Assembly (NCBI GenBank): GCA_030141605.1
Contig: JAQGDQ010002367.1
Coordinates: 186,001-250,000 of the forward strand
DNA: 64,000 nt
DNA from: Tubiluchus corallicola
Lineage: Eukaryota; Animalia; Priapulida
Direction of reading: 5' to 3'
Both the position numbers and the translations under genes were made by a program. The stretch's first letter is position 1. The number at the start of each line of letters is the position of its first letter. Below are positions 51,885 to 64,000 of the stretch, one piece after another. The notes below the pieces were generated by a model. That model worked only from the letters and a program-made list of their open reading frames with translations. It was not told the DNA's origin and searched no databases.

Positions 51885-54800
51885 GTAAGCTGTAGTTAAA
51901 GATTTGAGGGAATGAGAGACAGCTAACGGCTGTCTAAATTTCGTTATTCCTACCATGCAGAGTCACATTGATGCATCCTTGCAAGCGCATAACTTAGCCT
52001 TTTCATGTTTTTGGTCAGCTTAAGGATTTCAATTTTTCAAAGTATGACGAATTTGTGAAACAGCACACAAGAAACAAAAAATGTCTACAAAACAAAATTT
52101 ATTGCAGTTGTGATACAGGCTGCCTTTTTCCTCACTCATTGACTCATTTTCACGAGTCAAGCAATACTTATTTCGTAAAACATCATTTTCTGTTTTTTTG
52201 TTTTTCTCTTATAATTCCTTGTTTTCTGTTTTGGGTTCTTCCTGGTGATCTGCATTAAGCTTGAGGTCTTGTTTTTTTTTATGAGTGCATCTGTTGTAAA
52301 ACCTTTTGTCAGGGGCGCCGTGCACCAAAAAAAATTGGGGGGGCCCGACTGTATATAATGGCGGAACTTAACTGTTTAAAAAACGTATAATTTTGAATTC
52401 CCACACAGTATTTTGCGTGCAAGAAAAACAATTTATTTATTCCCAACTGGCATTTAACTTAAAGCTATAGCAACGGAAACTTAATTAAAATTAAATTAAA
52501 ATTTAATTAAGTATTTATTAGCTGTCAGGAATCCAAAGATACGGCGAAAAGACGACTACCAAAACATATGTACCTTTAACTTAATATTTTTAATAATTAC
52601 TAAACTTTTTATTCCGAGGCAAGATGAAGATGTTGAACTAACAACAAACGTTATTTTTAAATGATTCAGCAGCACAAGTCAAAGCCAACAACATAACATG
52701 AATACGTTACAGGATGACTATAGGGGTATAGTAGAAAAGCAATGACAGGTATTACACCAAGATAAAGCAAAGAGGTTAAAGCGTAAAAAGCGATATACAG
52801 CGACACAATTTTTATTTTCTTGTCTATTTTCTCACCTATAATATGTGTCTGCAACATGCAGACAATGTTTGACTGATCCAGATTTGAATCATGGACCTCG
52901 TTAATCAACTCACTTAGAATGAGAGTAAATACCACACTTTAATGTATATCGGGATACATCTATCAAATGCAAGCTCATTAGATTGGGTTGTTACTTGCAC
53001 CCGATATTTGCAACGCATGATCCACGCCGATACTAGCCAGAGCTCGGGTGGGCATTTAGTAGGATATTTCTGTACGTGTTTCTGCCGTGCACCCCAATGC
53101 TCTCAGCTATTTCTTGTGCAATCTTCCAGTACTTTTCGAAGTCATTCACCGTTCGCTTTGCTGCAGTCTCTTTAATTAAGGCTTGAATGAGAGCCACTGC
53201 TGATGGCACATTGAGTTCTTTGCTCTGTAGTGCTTTGGAAACAATCTGCGACATTCCCAGCAGATCAGTCATGATTGATAAACACAGACAAAATTCATAA
53301 TTTATTGATTTTAGGAGGGAGAATGCCTCTCCGGCAGTTTTTCGATCATATGATGGTCCTTCGGTAAAGGATTCCAATGTCATGACTACACCAATCAGAT
53401 TGTCCTTGAGAGCCTTGCAGTTGTCGACGCGAGATGACCACCGAGTTGCTCAAAATTATGCCCATTTATGCAGCAAACTCGTGGGAAAGAGTCGCTAAGG
53501 AGTAGCAAAGAGTCGGTAATGTCCAATCAGGAGGTGGCTCATCAATTTGTATCTCCCAAACCGACTCTCTGGTACTAGGCTAGCTCAACATGACTTCAAT
53601 ATTTGCATTGTTTTTGCTCTATTATTTCACTTGTTCACTATTATAACACACTGCTGAACGAAGCTCGAGTGCTAACTGAGCCGTTTTGTTAACTAACAGT
53701 CTTTTGTGCAAAGACGCTAATGCTACTCAACGAGCTGCTTTGTTAACTGTTCCTGCCTGCCTCCTGAATAGATACATGCAAACAAATTAACTACATCCTG
53801 ACTTATAGGTAAACACATCTGGTCAGGCACGTATTAACAGTCAGAATAATTTAACTCGGCAACAAACTTTAACGATAAAAAATATTATTGGGCTACTGTA
53901 CCGAAACGCTCATACTGTTCGCATTTATGGAGCGCTGGCCCGCTATTGTGTGTCAAAAATTCAGAAATAAATTTGCTTACCGTTTGCCATTTTGACATTT
54001 TCTAAAAAATTGGGGGGGGGCCTATAGCACGACGCCACTGCCTTTTGTGTTGCAAAAACTACTATACATGGATGTTGCTGTAAACTATATGTGTGACTAT
54101 TTTGACACTACTCATTTTCTCTCCTTCATGTATTTTGCATTACATGTAGAGAGAGCGTGTGACTAATTGCACATTGACACATTGTCATTCTGTTGTCATT
54201 TAGTGGCTATTTAGTGTCATGTAGTCATATTACAATTATAATGTCATATATCATCACTTTTCTACATCTTGCATGCAGAAGCATGATTGTATTGGCATGT
54301 TAAATAAATATACTTGAATTACATGAAGAAGCACATAGCCCTTTATTAAGCGACCATTTGTCAGAAGAACAATTTGGTCAAAAAACCATGTAAACATGCC
54401 TTCCAGTACTTTGTTGTTTGTTATTATACATATACAGTTCTTAAAAAATTACTTTATACATGTGAATTACATATGATTGCCTTTTTTTGTTCTCCTTTCA
54501 ACTATTTTTGTTTTCAGAAAGTATTAACTGGAGTGGAAAACTTAAATGATGCACATTTACTAGAAATGATAGTTGACTCGAAAAAGACACCTCTTGCGGG
54601 TCTAGGATATTATGTTCCAAATCTACATCAGCTTATACTTTCCAATAGCAACTTACCTACAGTTAGGTAAGCTGAATCAGCTTCCTTTGTATTTATACAT
54701 CGAGACAGCAGTGCGTTTTAGTAATCTGAGTATTTGCTCACTCACTACTACTTTTGCACGAATGTGTCATTCTTGCTCATTACTGTAAGCAAGGAAGGGG

Positions 54801-57800
54801 ACTATGGCTTCGTTGTCACGGTGTGTGTTTCTTAATCACAGTTAAGTGACAATGGGAGAAACTATGATTGGAGTGAACGATGAGGATTCATGAGTGAATC
54901 CACAATTACTGAATTCTTGAAAGCAAACTTGGCTATGATCTGAAAAGAAATCAGTTTTTTTTTACAACTCGGCAATTGTGGTTTCATTTGATCATTAGCC
55001 AGAGTTAAAGCTCTCAGTCTTAACTTTTAACAATTTCTTCCTGTGGTTTAAAAAATTCTTTTTTATCATCAACACAAGGATGCGACAGGTAAGAAAGTCA
55101 TGTGTAGGCAGTTTTAGCCATACGATTCTCAAACTTGCACAAGACACCGTTGTTGCTTTAGTACTTGATGTTAGAGGACTCTCAATGATTAGTAATGTTC
55201 TGATTCTATGAGCAGTGAAATAATAAGTTGGCCCTACAGTTAAGTGTTAACATGTAGTGTGCTGAAGTACCAGAAATTACTTGATAAGCGTAAAAATGTT
55301 AACAATGGCCAAGCCAATCAGTGGTCAGTGATCAATGAACGAACAATGGTGTTCGGTTGTCGTTGATGACTGCTGAAAGAGATTTGGTTGGCTAGTCATT
55401 AAGTTATTGATCAGCTCAGTAAACTGTTATGTCCATCACAAAATAAAAATTGCTGAATTCATAAGAAAATGTAAGTTAAAGTAGGAATTTAAAACTTACA
55501 GCAAAAGTTTTTGAAATGTTTACCATATTGTTACGATAAAATTATTTACATGCTGTAACCATATTTCCTTGAATTGGCTGCATGATGAAATCCCACACTG
55601 AAGGAGCACCGGCCAAACGAATGCAGCATATAATGCCTTTAGTGCTGTTAGTATATTAGTCATTAATTCATATAATCCAGGAGGACTCTAAAGTGCCAAT
55701 GATACATTTACATTTATTTTACCTTACTGGTAAAATTAATCTCAAAATCAAATAATTGATGAAGTTCCACAATTGGAATCATGTGGATAATCTCTTGCTG
55801 TGTAAAATAACTGATAAGACAAAACAGTTTCAAATCATTTTTGTGTCGGAACATTATTTACGTATTTTATCTGACTTGTGATAAATTGGTCAGCAATCAT
55901 ACAGCAATTTTTACAGGATTCAAAATTTTTACCCATCATTTTACATCATTTATAGGTACTCCCACTAGCCACTAATTAAGTTTGTAACATATTATTTAAT
56001 TATTAGACATTTTGTAGATAATAAAACATATGTTTCCGAGCGTAGGTCAAAATTAGGTATGGTCTGAAACATCCTGTTTTCCACTAAAGCACAAAAATGG
56101 GGCCTTAATCAGTTTAGTAGTAGTAAATTTCGATGTGGATTACTGTTCAAGAAGTCTAATTTGATAAGAATTGGAAGTTAAAGGAGGCAGCACTGCTACA
56201 CCCCTCTCGAAGTTTTCGACTAAGTGTAATTAATAGGCCTATATAGTGTAGTTAGACATGGATTATTATGTCTAATCATTATCTGAAGATTTAGATTAAG
56301 AAAACTGTAGAAAATGAACATGACACATTTGAAATTTTACTCATCTGAATAAACTACAATGATGTAATTTTCCCTATTATCAATGTTTGTCATTTTGTGT
56401 GTATAAACTCTAATGATGTGTGTCACAGTGTCTCATATGTCATGTTGTAAGACCATCCAGGATCCAATGAACTCACTAGCATTTTACTCCAAATTAAAAA
56501 ATAGATGTTGTCCTTTTTCAAAAAAAAACATGACAGAATTCAAAGTTTGTACTGCCGTTTGAATATAAAAATAGATAATGGGCAAAATTTGAAAATCTGA
56601 ATACTTTAATAGCATAAGTTTATGATGCAGTAATATAATTTGATAATGTACGTATTTTTAAACTCGCATTAAATTTTACTTTTCTTGTCCTTTAAAGATG
56701 TGGTAAGTAAAAGAAGTGTAAAGCAGAGTAGCTATTGTGATAACCTTGTAATATGTTCATCAAATTAAACACTACATTTTCAGGGACTTGGGAACATGTA
56801 TGAAACAACTACAAGTGCTCTGGCTACCTCACTGCAATTTAACAGATCTGGATGGTGCAAGTTCTTTCCCTCTATTGTCAGAGATTTTTGCTGCATACAA
56901 TCATGTGAGCGACCTAACTCCACTCAGCTTTTTGATGAATTTGAAAATTTTAGACCTTGAAGGGTTAGTTTTTAAATTGAAATTTTTTGAAGTGATATAA
57001 GCTTCTTGATTTGCATTTGAAACTTCAAAAACAGTGAATTTGTTCTCTGTAAGCTTATGCACTTATTAATATTGTGTAGCTGTCCTATTATGGTCGTGTA
57101 AAAATTGCACTGTGCTGTGAAGTCAATGTGAAAGGCCTGTAATTTGATAACTTAACTACTGCAATGTGAGCCTATTATATTAAAGAATTTTTAAAGAAAT
57201 TGGGTAGTTTATAGTCGAAGGAAACTACTTCCTGCTCTACATTAATTATTATAAATAATTTTGCATTTGTTCACCTGCCCAAGCACCAGTCATCTGTTAG
57301 ATTCTGCTATCAGGTCTTGTTAAGTGTTTACCACCTTGCTTTATGGCACTTCTGCTTTTATTCCGAGTCCAGAGTAGTACTTGGAATTCAGCAGGGTTAT
57401 AGTTAAGAAAAGCTTTTCAACCTCGTATAATTCGCTACTGATATTCTTGCAAAACAAAACACTGGTGGCTTATGGTCTTTGTGTGTTGTTTTACATAGAT
57501 TGTCAGTTTGCTTTTTGGTCATTTGAAAGGCGCTTTTCACATATAAAGTCACATCTGCCACGATGCATATCACCACGTAGTGCAGGGTGGTAATGCCTTA
57601 AAAGACTGGCCCATCATTGAGGAAGAAATGTCAGGTACATGAGCTGCCATGGATGTGCATTAGGGATGGTCCCTGCAGTTATTTTAGTTACTGCCTTGAT
57701 CATCATACGCTTCATTATGTCGAGGGCTAAAATGATATAAGCATCTTTTCTAAGGACAATACAAAAACCAGTGAATAAAGAATTAGTTTGGGGTGAAAGC

Positions 57801-60800
57801 TAGTGTCTGTCATCTTTCATCATAAAATATATCGTATTAACATTGAGCGGGTAGTTTAGTTCCGGGGATTTATCTTTAATCATTCGTATATGTCGACGGT
57901 TTACTAGAATATATCCTATTGTTTTGTCCTGGGTATTTGTAAAAATAGGACATCATACACTGTTAATCTCCATTCCAAAATGTAACTAAATTGCTGTGGA
58001 TGAGCAGCCATATTACACAAGAGCATTTACACAACTATGTGCGGAGTAAACAGTTTAAATACCAAGTGTCCCCTTCCAAATAGATCACCAAACAACTGCA
58101 CTACATCTGGGGAGTAATGAATATATGTGCTTGATGTCTAATGTGTAATGTCTAGTTTTGCTAAACTTGAGTTATTACCCAGCAGACAATTTCTTTGGAC
58201 CATAACTCTGATCTCAGTAAGAGTTAGTGTAATTTTAATGTGACTACATATGATATGCATCCACAGCGCCATTTACTCTGCCGAGAATTTTTCTCTGTGC
58301 TGTGTGTGCACCAAATTCATTATTATTTTAAAAGTGTTTCAATGTTTTAATTACATATGATATTTTGTTAACAGCTCGAGCTTTGTTATGACAAATTGCA
58401 CTAGATAGTATAGTAACACTTTTAATAAAACATATTGTAAAGTTTCATTTTTTTGTTTTAGGAATGATTTACACGACATCATACAAGTAGAGTTTTTGAC
58501 TATGTGCAAAAAGCTGAAGAATCTAATTCTTGAAGGAAATCCTATATGCACTGTTCCTGGCATTGGTTTTCAGGTATTTCTTTACTACTTTTAGAAAGAA
58601 GGAGTGGGAGAAAGAGGTAGGGAGGGAAGGAGAAAGAGAGATAGAGAGAGAGAGAGAGAGAGGGGGGGCAGTGAGGCAGAGAGACAGTGGCATAGCTAGA
58701 GGCGCCCGGGGTGGCACACGAGTTTGCTGCCCACCCCATCTTATCAAACCTAACATTATTCTGTTACTTTGTCTGGGTTAATTACCATAAGTAACTGTTT
58801 TTGATTACATAGTAACCAACAAAATCACCATTTCATCAAAAAAACAAAAAATTGTATTAATAATCTCTACTTTAACATTTTGAATTGTTTATAGCTGAGA
58901 ATTATAACTGCACCTGTAAAACAAATTTGCTCAAGCACATGAACGGATGTGTTTGTATTGCACGGTAACCAGATGACACCATTTTTCGTTCAAAATGAGG
59001 AAGCACAAGCGCGAAGTGGTTGTCCCAATTAAATTGACTTCACTAATTACGTGAAGCATTTAGCACATAATTTTATTCCTGAAACTTTCTAATATTCAAA
59101 TAAATTCAGCTTCCCGAGAGACTTGGCTTTTCCTTTAAGTAGTGATGAACCTGGCTAATAAATGAATTGGTGGCTGCTAGCTTTTTGAGAAAACTGCCTC
59201 CTGACCTGCCCAAACTATTCAGTGTTAGTTGTAGATTCCATATTTGAGTGCAGGATTCTTGCTTGTGGGGTGTGTATAAAAAACAAAGTTTTATATGCCT
59301 AGTACTCAAGAATACTTGCTAACGTCTGGAGACATCAGACAGTTCTAAGACTAAGGAGTTAGTGGGATTGCAAAAAAAAAGATGAAAATATTTATTCACT
59401 TGTACTTGATCTTTTGTAGGGGGATAATTATATCTACCGTCAGGCAATTCTAAAAATGCTTCCATGGCTGAAGTTCTTAGACGACCAACTTGTAGAAATG
59501 GTGACACAAACACAGCAACCAGAAAAAAACTTGTCAGTTGAAAAAGATATAGTGCAAGAGTCCATAAAGGAACTGATCATTAGAGAAATACCAAGACGTA
59601 AGAATTAAAATGGACGCTTCACAAATGCTGTAAACTGCTACATAGAATACACTGGTCCTTGTACTGATGCTCTTTATTTTCATTACAAATTGATACAGAT
59701 CAAAGTTCGACCCTGAATTCTTGATTTTTAGAAACCTAGCTTTCAGGATCAAATACATTCTTTATTTTATTTTTGGGCATTTCTTATCGTTTTTTTGCTA
59801 TCTTCTTCTCTCCCAAGAATTAATTTTTAACCAAATTTCTAGCAATAAAATTTTGTTAAGTTGACATTTTACAGCAAGCCATTTTTAACCCAAATCACAT
59901 GCAAATGTATGCAGCATTTATTATAGGAGCACAGCTGATAATTGACTGTAGAGCAGTGGTTCCCAGCCGGGGGTATGGGTACCCCCTGGGGGTACGCAAC
60001 AGCAATGCCAGGGGTACGCAGAAGGTGTGTCAGATCGACACATTTTTTTCTTTCTGTAGCCGGTGAAAAGGGTAAAATACACCAAGTTGCAGCATCGCGA
60101 TATTCTTTCTACAGGTTAGGCAATATTTCACAAACAATATTCCTGCGCAGTGTGCTAGAAAATACTTTTACCCGCCCACGAAAAGCTTATATTTTGTCGC
60201 TTTGTTTGTGCTGTATTTGGCTTTCGAGGTGTTGGTTCCATTTGTGACAGCATACAAATGTGAGCTAGGCTTCAGTGCAATGCTATATTTGAAGACGAAG
60301 GCAAGAAACCGTTTGGATTTGAGGAGCGACATGCGAGTCGCAATATCAACAATTAAACCTGAAATCAAAAAACTTGTTGATAATCATCAAGAACAGCGTG
60401 CACATTAATTATGACTGCTGTGAAGATCGCGCTTCCTTGTATTGATGTTTTCATATTCGAGAAAGTTGTTCAAATTACGTATTTCTTAATAATCAGTGAT
60501 AAAATTCATGTTTTCAAAAAAAGTTAAAATAAAAAAATGTCGATAATATTAATCGTTGTTTTCTGGAAACTGGTTTTTCAAACAATTTGTTGAAAAATAT
60601 CAGGTGGGGGTACGCTGAAGATCGCCACATTTAGAAGGGGTACTTGGCAAGGAAAAGGTTGGGAACCACTGCTGTAGAGGAACTGAAACTGAATAATAAC
60701 CAAGGTGGTCTGGTGCTGGAAAAGGAGAGTAGCAGACAAGCAGTTTTCTTAACTCAGTCAACAGTAAAGGCTATTTACAAAAATGAAAACAGCTACAGAG

Positions 60801-63538
60801 TGAAAAATTATCTAAAATGAGCAGAAGAAATACAACAGGAGAAAAGATGGGCAATTTACTTAGCTATGTGTTTTCTTAGGACACATTAGTTTCATTAAAC
60901 GATGAATTACTGTATGTTCAAGACAATACAATTTTGTAGTGGCCCACATCTTCAACTCTGCTTTAAAAATCCGCAGAAATCATGTGTAACTCATGTAGAA
61001 AAGTATTACAGTAGTCGCTGCTTAGTAGACTCACGGTTAATAGATTCAATCGCTTAATTGACTCAACTCCTGGAACGGACCGCTTCTATTCAGATATATA
61101 TAAAAACTATCAGTAATTAACTCAAATAAATTCCCTTAATTGACTCAATATTCTTCCTTTACGTACTTAAAATAAGACATTTGTATGGGCCCAAACAGCC
61201 TTTCCTACTTTTATAACATCTTTACTTCCCTTTTGTGCATTATATATGTAGAAACAATCATGTTAAGTACCGTTCTGTTTGTAAACGGGTATGTTTATCA
61301 TGCGCTAGCGTAGTGGTTTTGCTTTGAATCTGTTACCCGCTCACCCATTGCAATTAACCTCGTTACCCAAAGAATTTCTGGAAGCTGAACATTTAATCAA
61401 TTGCCTAGCGGTTTCCTTTTGATGCTCTAGGTGCAAATCACGCTTTCATGGTTAATGAATAGATTTTAGAACATGGTTAATAGTCAAAGATGCAGGTACA
61501 GTAATCAACCAGTATTCCTTGTGACTTACAAGAGTAAACATGGTACAGCAAATAAGAGCAATGTAAGTGAGCAGACGATTCAGAACTGCTTTAGTCACGC
61601 ACAACAACGGATTTTCAATGTGGGCCAACTTCTTCGCGAGAAAATGAAGCAGCCGTCTTTGAAGGAATTTTTGCAAATAAACAGACTTAGAAAAGTCTGT
61701 GATTTAGGAAAGTATACCTTTTAATTTATTGCTAATTCACTTAGATGAATTAATATTTTAATTTTTTTCTAATTTTGAACTGCACAAAGGAATTTAGGCA
61801 TTACTTAATTTCTAAAATTCATTAAAAACCTTTGCAGTGCATAGTAAACTGATGACTCACACTTCTATGCCTGTAATACTACACCCATCTGTTAATATGT
61901 TCAGTCGGTTAATGGGATCAAACACGTCGGTCCTAAAGTGAGTCTATTAAGTGGCGACTACTGTATACGAAGATGAGCAGCGTTCATCCTCAAAAATGGT
62001 TCAACTCCTTGCTGCCACTACACTCTGATACAAAAAACTACTCTGTACAAAAAATGAACATGTCGTTAGCTGAGGTTAGTTTTACAGCATTCATTTAATT
62101 AAGTATAAATGTTAACATACAGACCAAATCCAACTTGAAAATGTTTTCATTACGGATTTTTTCAATTTTGCGTAGGACCAACAAGTGCTCACGGATTGTC
62201 ACCTGCCATTAGTAAAAGTGACACAGAGCTGTCTCGATCTACCTCCAGTGCAGTGTCAGCCATCTTAGCAAGACCACAGAGCGCATTAGCTACTTGTGGT
62301 AAGTAAACATAGATTAAAATTTTCAAAACACTGCCAATATTTCTCACTTAATCTCTCCTTTTAGTTATAATGCTGAAATGTTTGCTAATACACACTTAGG
62401 ATATATTGTGCAGTGCATTCCTAAAACATGACTGTAACTGTTTGTTCCTTAAATCGGTTATTACTGCTAGTGCACTTGGTTAATGCAAAATACCTTTGTT
62501 ATCATAGGTTTTTACAGTAGACATGCGCACCTTGCACCTGACAGTAATGACTACAGTGAGCTTACTAAAGGTGGTGCAGTAGTAAGTGGCAGCTTACTTC
62601 GGACACGTAATAAGTGTTGGCAGGCTTCTTTCGCTGCAGATACATCAGATGCTACTGGTGAAACTGAAACAAGTCAAAAATTCCTTCACCAGTCTAGTTT
62701 TGGGGGTCAGTTTTCTGATAGTAATGGACAAGATGAAGTTAAGTAAGTATTAATAATTATACTCAGCCAAAATCTGAAATTTGAAGCATTTGCTTTATTT
62801 TTTTAGTTTTGATGAGCTTTGAGTTGTCGGTGTTGGGATCATTTTTCAAAGAAATTTTATACTGGATATTTTACTAAAAAATTCAAACTAATTGCCATAA
62901 TTTTGATACGATTAGGTCGCAGGACACAGAAACTGCATCTGTAGTCAGGGCAAGTTGGGATTCATCCTGCGTAAACTCACCAGATACATCTACTTCCCCA
63001 ATTTCTGGAAGTTCTGTGCATTCACCGTCACCCCCGCCATCAAAAGAAGGTACGGTACCTTTTTTAAAAAAATAATTCTCAAGAGAAACGTAACTGCTTA
63101 TGTGTGAATGAATATTAACGACAGATTAAAGTTATGTCAGAAAGCTGTGTACTTATTTTAGGTTCTAAGACTGCAAGCGCGTTGAAGAAATTGCACAAAA
63201 AAAGATTGACTCCAGTCAAACACACAGTAGTAGTTCCAATAAATATAAAATCTAATGCAATGAAACCACTCAAAATACCTTCTACAAAAAAATCAACAAC
63301 AGTTAAAAATAAATGCCATCAAAAAGATCAGAAGAAAACATCAAGTCCAAGAAAGAGAGAAGTGCCTAAGAAACAGTGCCAAGTGAATGCATCTTTAGAA
63401 CATGTGGTAACACTAGATATGGCCGATGACAGTGACTGTGCATGCTTTAGGTATGGTGAAGTTTGCACAGTGCCTTCTCATAGAAAACTCTCACCACATG
63501 AACTGCCTAAATTGAAAGATGCAATCGAATTTCGATGA
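51771..63538 (+). CDS. LRRC56: Leucine-rich repeat-containing protein 56-like (9 coding exons, ~533 aa)
   Basis: Spliced product contains ITPDRL-KVLTG...LEMIVD...PNLHQLILSNS...RDLGT...LQVLWL..C.L.DLDG...YN.VSDL.PL...LDLEGN...LILEGNPIC, YRQAILKMLPWLKFLDD and SELTKGG..VSG. This follows the recalled LRRC56 layout (SPARL, LEMCVD, RDLGTSL, LQVLWLARC, LEGNLVC, LTHG..LCGN). An in-frame stop upstream of ATG 51771 supports the start. Confidence 0.88.
52310..54040 (-). mobile_element. hAT element with partial ZMYM1-like transposase; same family as 32075-32921
   Basis: TIR CAGGGGCGCCGTGC / GCACGACGCCACTG; TSD CCTTTTGT; TRWSSRVD...EAFSLL...FCLCL...SKALQSKEL. Confidence 0.92.
54518..54666 (+). CDS. LRRC56: LRRC56 exon (KVLTGVENL...SNSNLPTV)
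   Basis: tttcag / gtaagc. Confidence 0.9.
56784..56963 (+). CDS. LRRC56: LRRC56 exon (DLGTCMKQLQVLWL...LDLE)
   Basis: tttcag / gttagt; LRR repeats. Confidence 0.92.
57380..57810 (+). mobile_element. Possible decayed Gypsy-type RT connection / RNase H fragment
   Basis: DCQFAF, CISPRSAG (similar to DASPxGxG) and FGVK-like remnants; heavily degenerate. Confidence 0.3.
58462..58573 (+). CDS. LRRC56: LRRC56 exon (NDLHDIIQVEFL...LEGNPICTVPGIGFQ)
   Basis: ttttag / gtattt. Confidence 0.9.
58595..58684. repeat. Purine-rich / (GA)n microsatellite followed by a lone hAT-like end (CAGTGGCATAGCTAG)
   Basis: Direct inspection. Confidence 0.8.
59420..59597 (+). CDS. LRRC56: LRRC56 exon (GDNYIYRQAILKMLPWLKFLDD...)
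   Basis: ttgtag / gtaaga; LRRcap motif YR..i...lP.L..LD. Confidence 0.88.
59954..60671 (+). mobile_element. hAT Buster/Charlie-type deletion derivative
   Basis: TIR CAGTGGTTCCCA; TSD CTGTAGAG; C-terminal dimerization motif LVPFVTAYKCELGFSAMLYLKTKARNRLD...MRVAIS..KP. Confidence 0.93.
61009..61963 (+). mobile_element. pogo/Tigger-family copy E
   Basis: TA|CAGTAGTCGCTGCTTAGTAGACTCAC ... GTGAGTCTATTAAGTGGCGACTACTG|TA. Confidence 0.88.
62176..62298 (+). CDS. LRRC56: LRRC56 exon (RPTSAHGL...RPQSALATC)
   Basis: gcgtag / gtaagt; phase 1 to 1; RPxSA motifs. Confidence 0.75.
62508..62742 (+). CDS. LRRC56: LRRC56 exon (FYSRHAHL...DYSELTKGGAVVSG...QDEV)
   Basis: tcatag / gtaagt; open frame; conserved SxLTxG motif. 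Confidence 0.75.
62916..63049 (+). CDS. LRRC56: LRRC56 exon (SQDTETAS...SPSPPPSKE)
   Basis: gattag / gtacgg; this acceptor keeps the frame open, whereas the one at 62806 gives a stop. Confidence 0.65.
63162..63538 (+). CDS. LRRC56: LRRC56 terminal coding exon (SKTASALKK...DAIEFR*)
   Basis: ttttag acceptor; open Lys-rich frame to TGA; AATAAA follows. Confidence 0.7.
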
Positions 63539-63705
63539 CTGTTTGCTCAAATTGTGCAGTATTGCAGAAAGAAACATATGACTTGTCAAAAATGACAAAA
63601 ACAGCAAGTCTAAATGCTAAAGATTTCTTAATGCTACTGTGTTATAATGTTATAAATATTTTTTAGTTACACGAGTGTTATGAATATTTTTTGTTATACG
63701 AATGT

Positions 63706-63711
63706 AATAAA
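63706..63711 (+). terminator. Candidate polyadenylation signal of LRRC56
   Basis: AATAAA about 170 nt after the stop; a second one lies at 63811. Confidence 0.5.
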
Positions 63712-64000
63712 TGTATTCATTAAAATTGTTATGTTACACAGTAAAGAATTGAGTTTTGTATTACACATAGTGACTATCCATAATAGTTACGTCAATTTAG
63801 AACAAAATAGAATAAAATTTCTTTATTACTAATCGCGGAAGTTTCTACAACACTTTGATACAAAATGCATGATCCTTAAAATGTATTACTGAAAGTTTTA
63901 GATGCATGCTTATTAGAAGGCACGAGCTTCAGACTAGTCCTTCTATGATGCTAACTGACAGCATGATACAAGACCCATTTTCTACCTACTGTTATGCAAG

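Noticed and set aside
58523-58781. Overlapping ORFs rich in ER/SL dipeptides
   Set aside because: Translation of a (GA)n microsatellite plus a hAT end.
60880-60990. Possible extra LRRC56 exon after ttttcttag
   Set aside because: Stops in all three frames from this acceptor; exon 59420-59597 joins 62176 in phase.

Overview
AT-rich, intron-rich animal (probably marine invertebrate) genomic DNA carrying two spliced genes on the + strand. (1) The 3' part of PI4KA (phosphatidylinositol 4-kinase III alpha): 19 coding exons from 8452 to the stop at 34974, about 872 aa, joined by hand in one continuous frame with GT-AG introns. (2) An apparently complete LRRC56-like ciliary leucine-rich-repeat gene: 9 coding exons from 51771 to 63538, about 533 aa. 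Introns and intergenic DNA are filled with decayed LINEs (RTE, CR1/L2-type, RTE-X-type), five copies of one pogo/Tigger family, several hAT elements with intact 8-bp TSDs, a TTAA-flanked DNA element, SINE remnants and simple repeats. The most notable observation is a complete HDV-like ribozyme fold at the very 5' end of an RTE retrotransposon (3720->3530, minus strand), with an extra hairpin inserted in loop L3. That RTE 5' half is joined directly to the RT/3' half of an unrelated LINE. All family assignments come from motif recognition and recalled sequences; no database searches were run.
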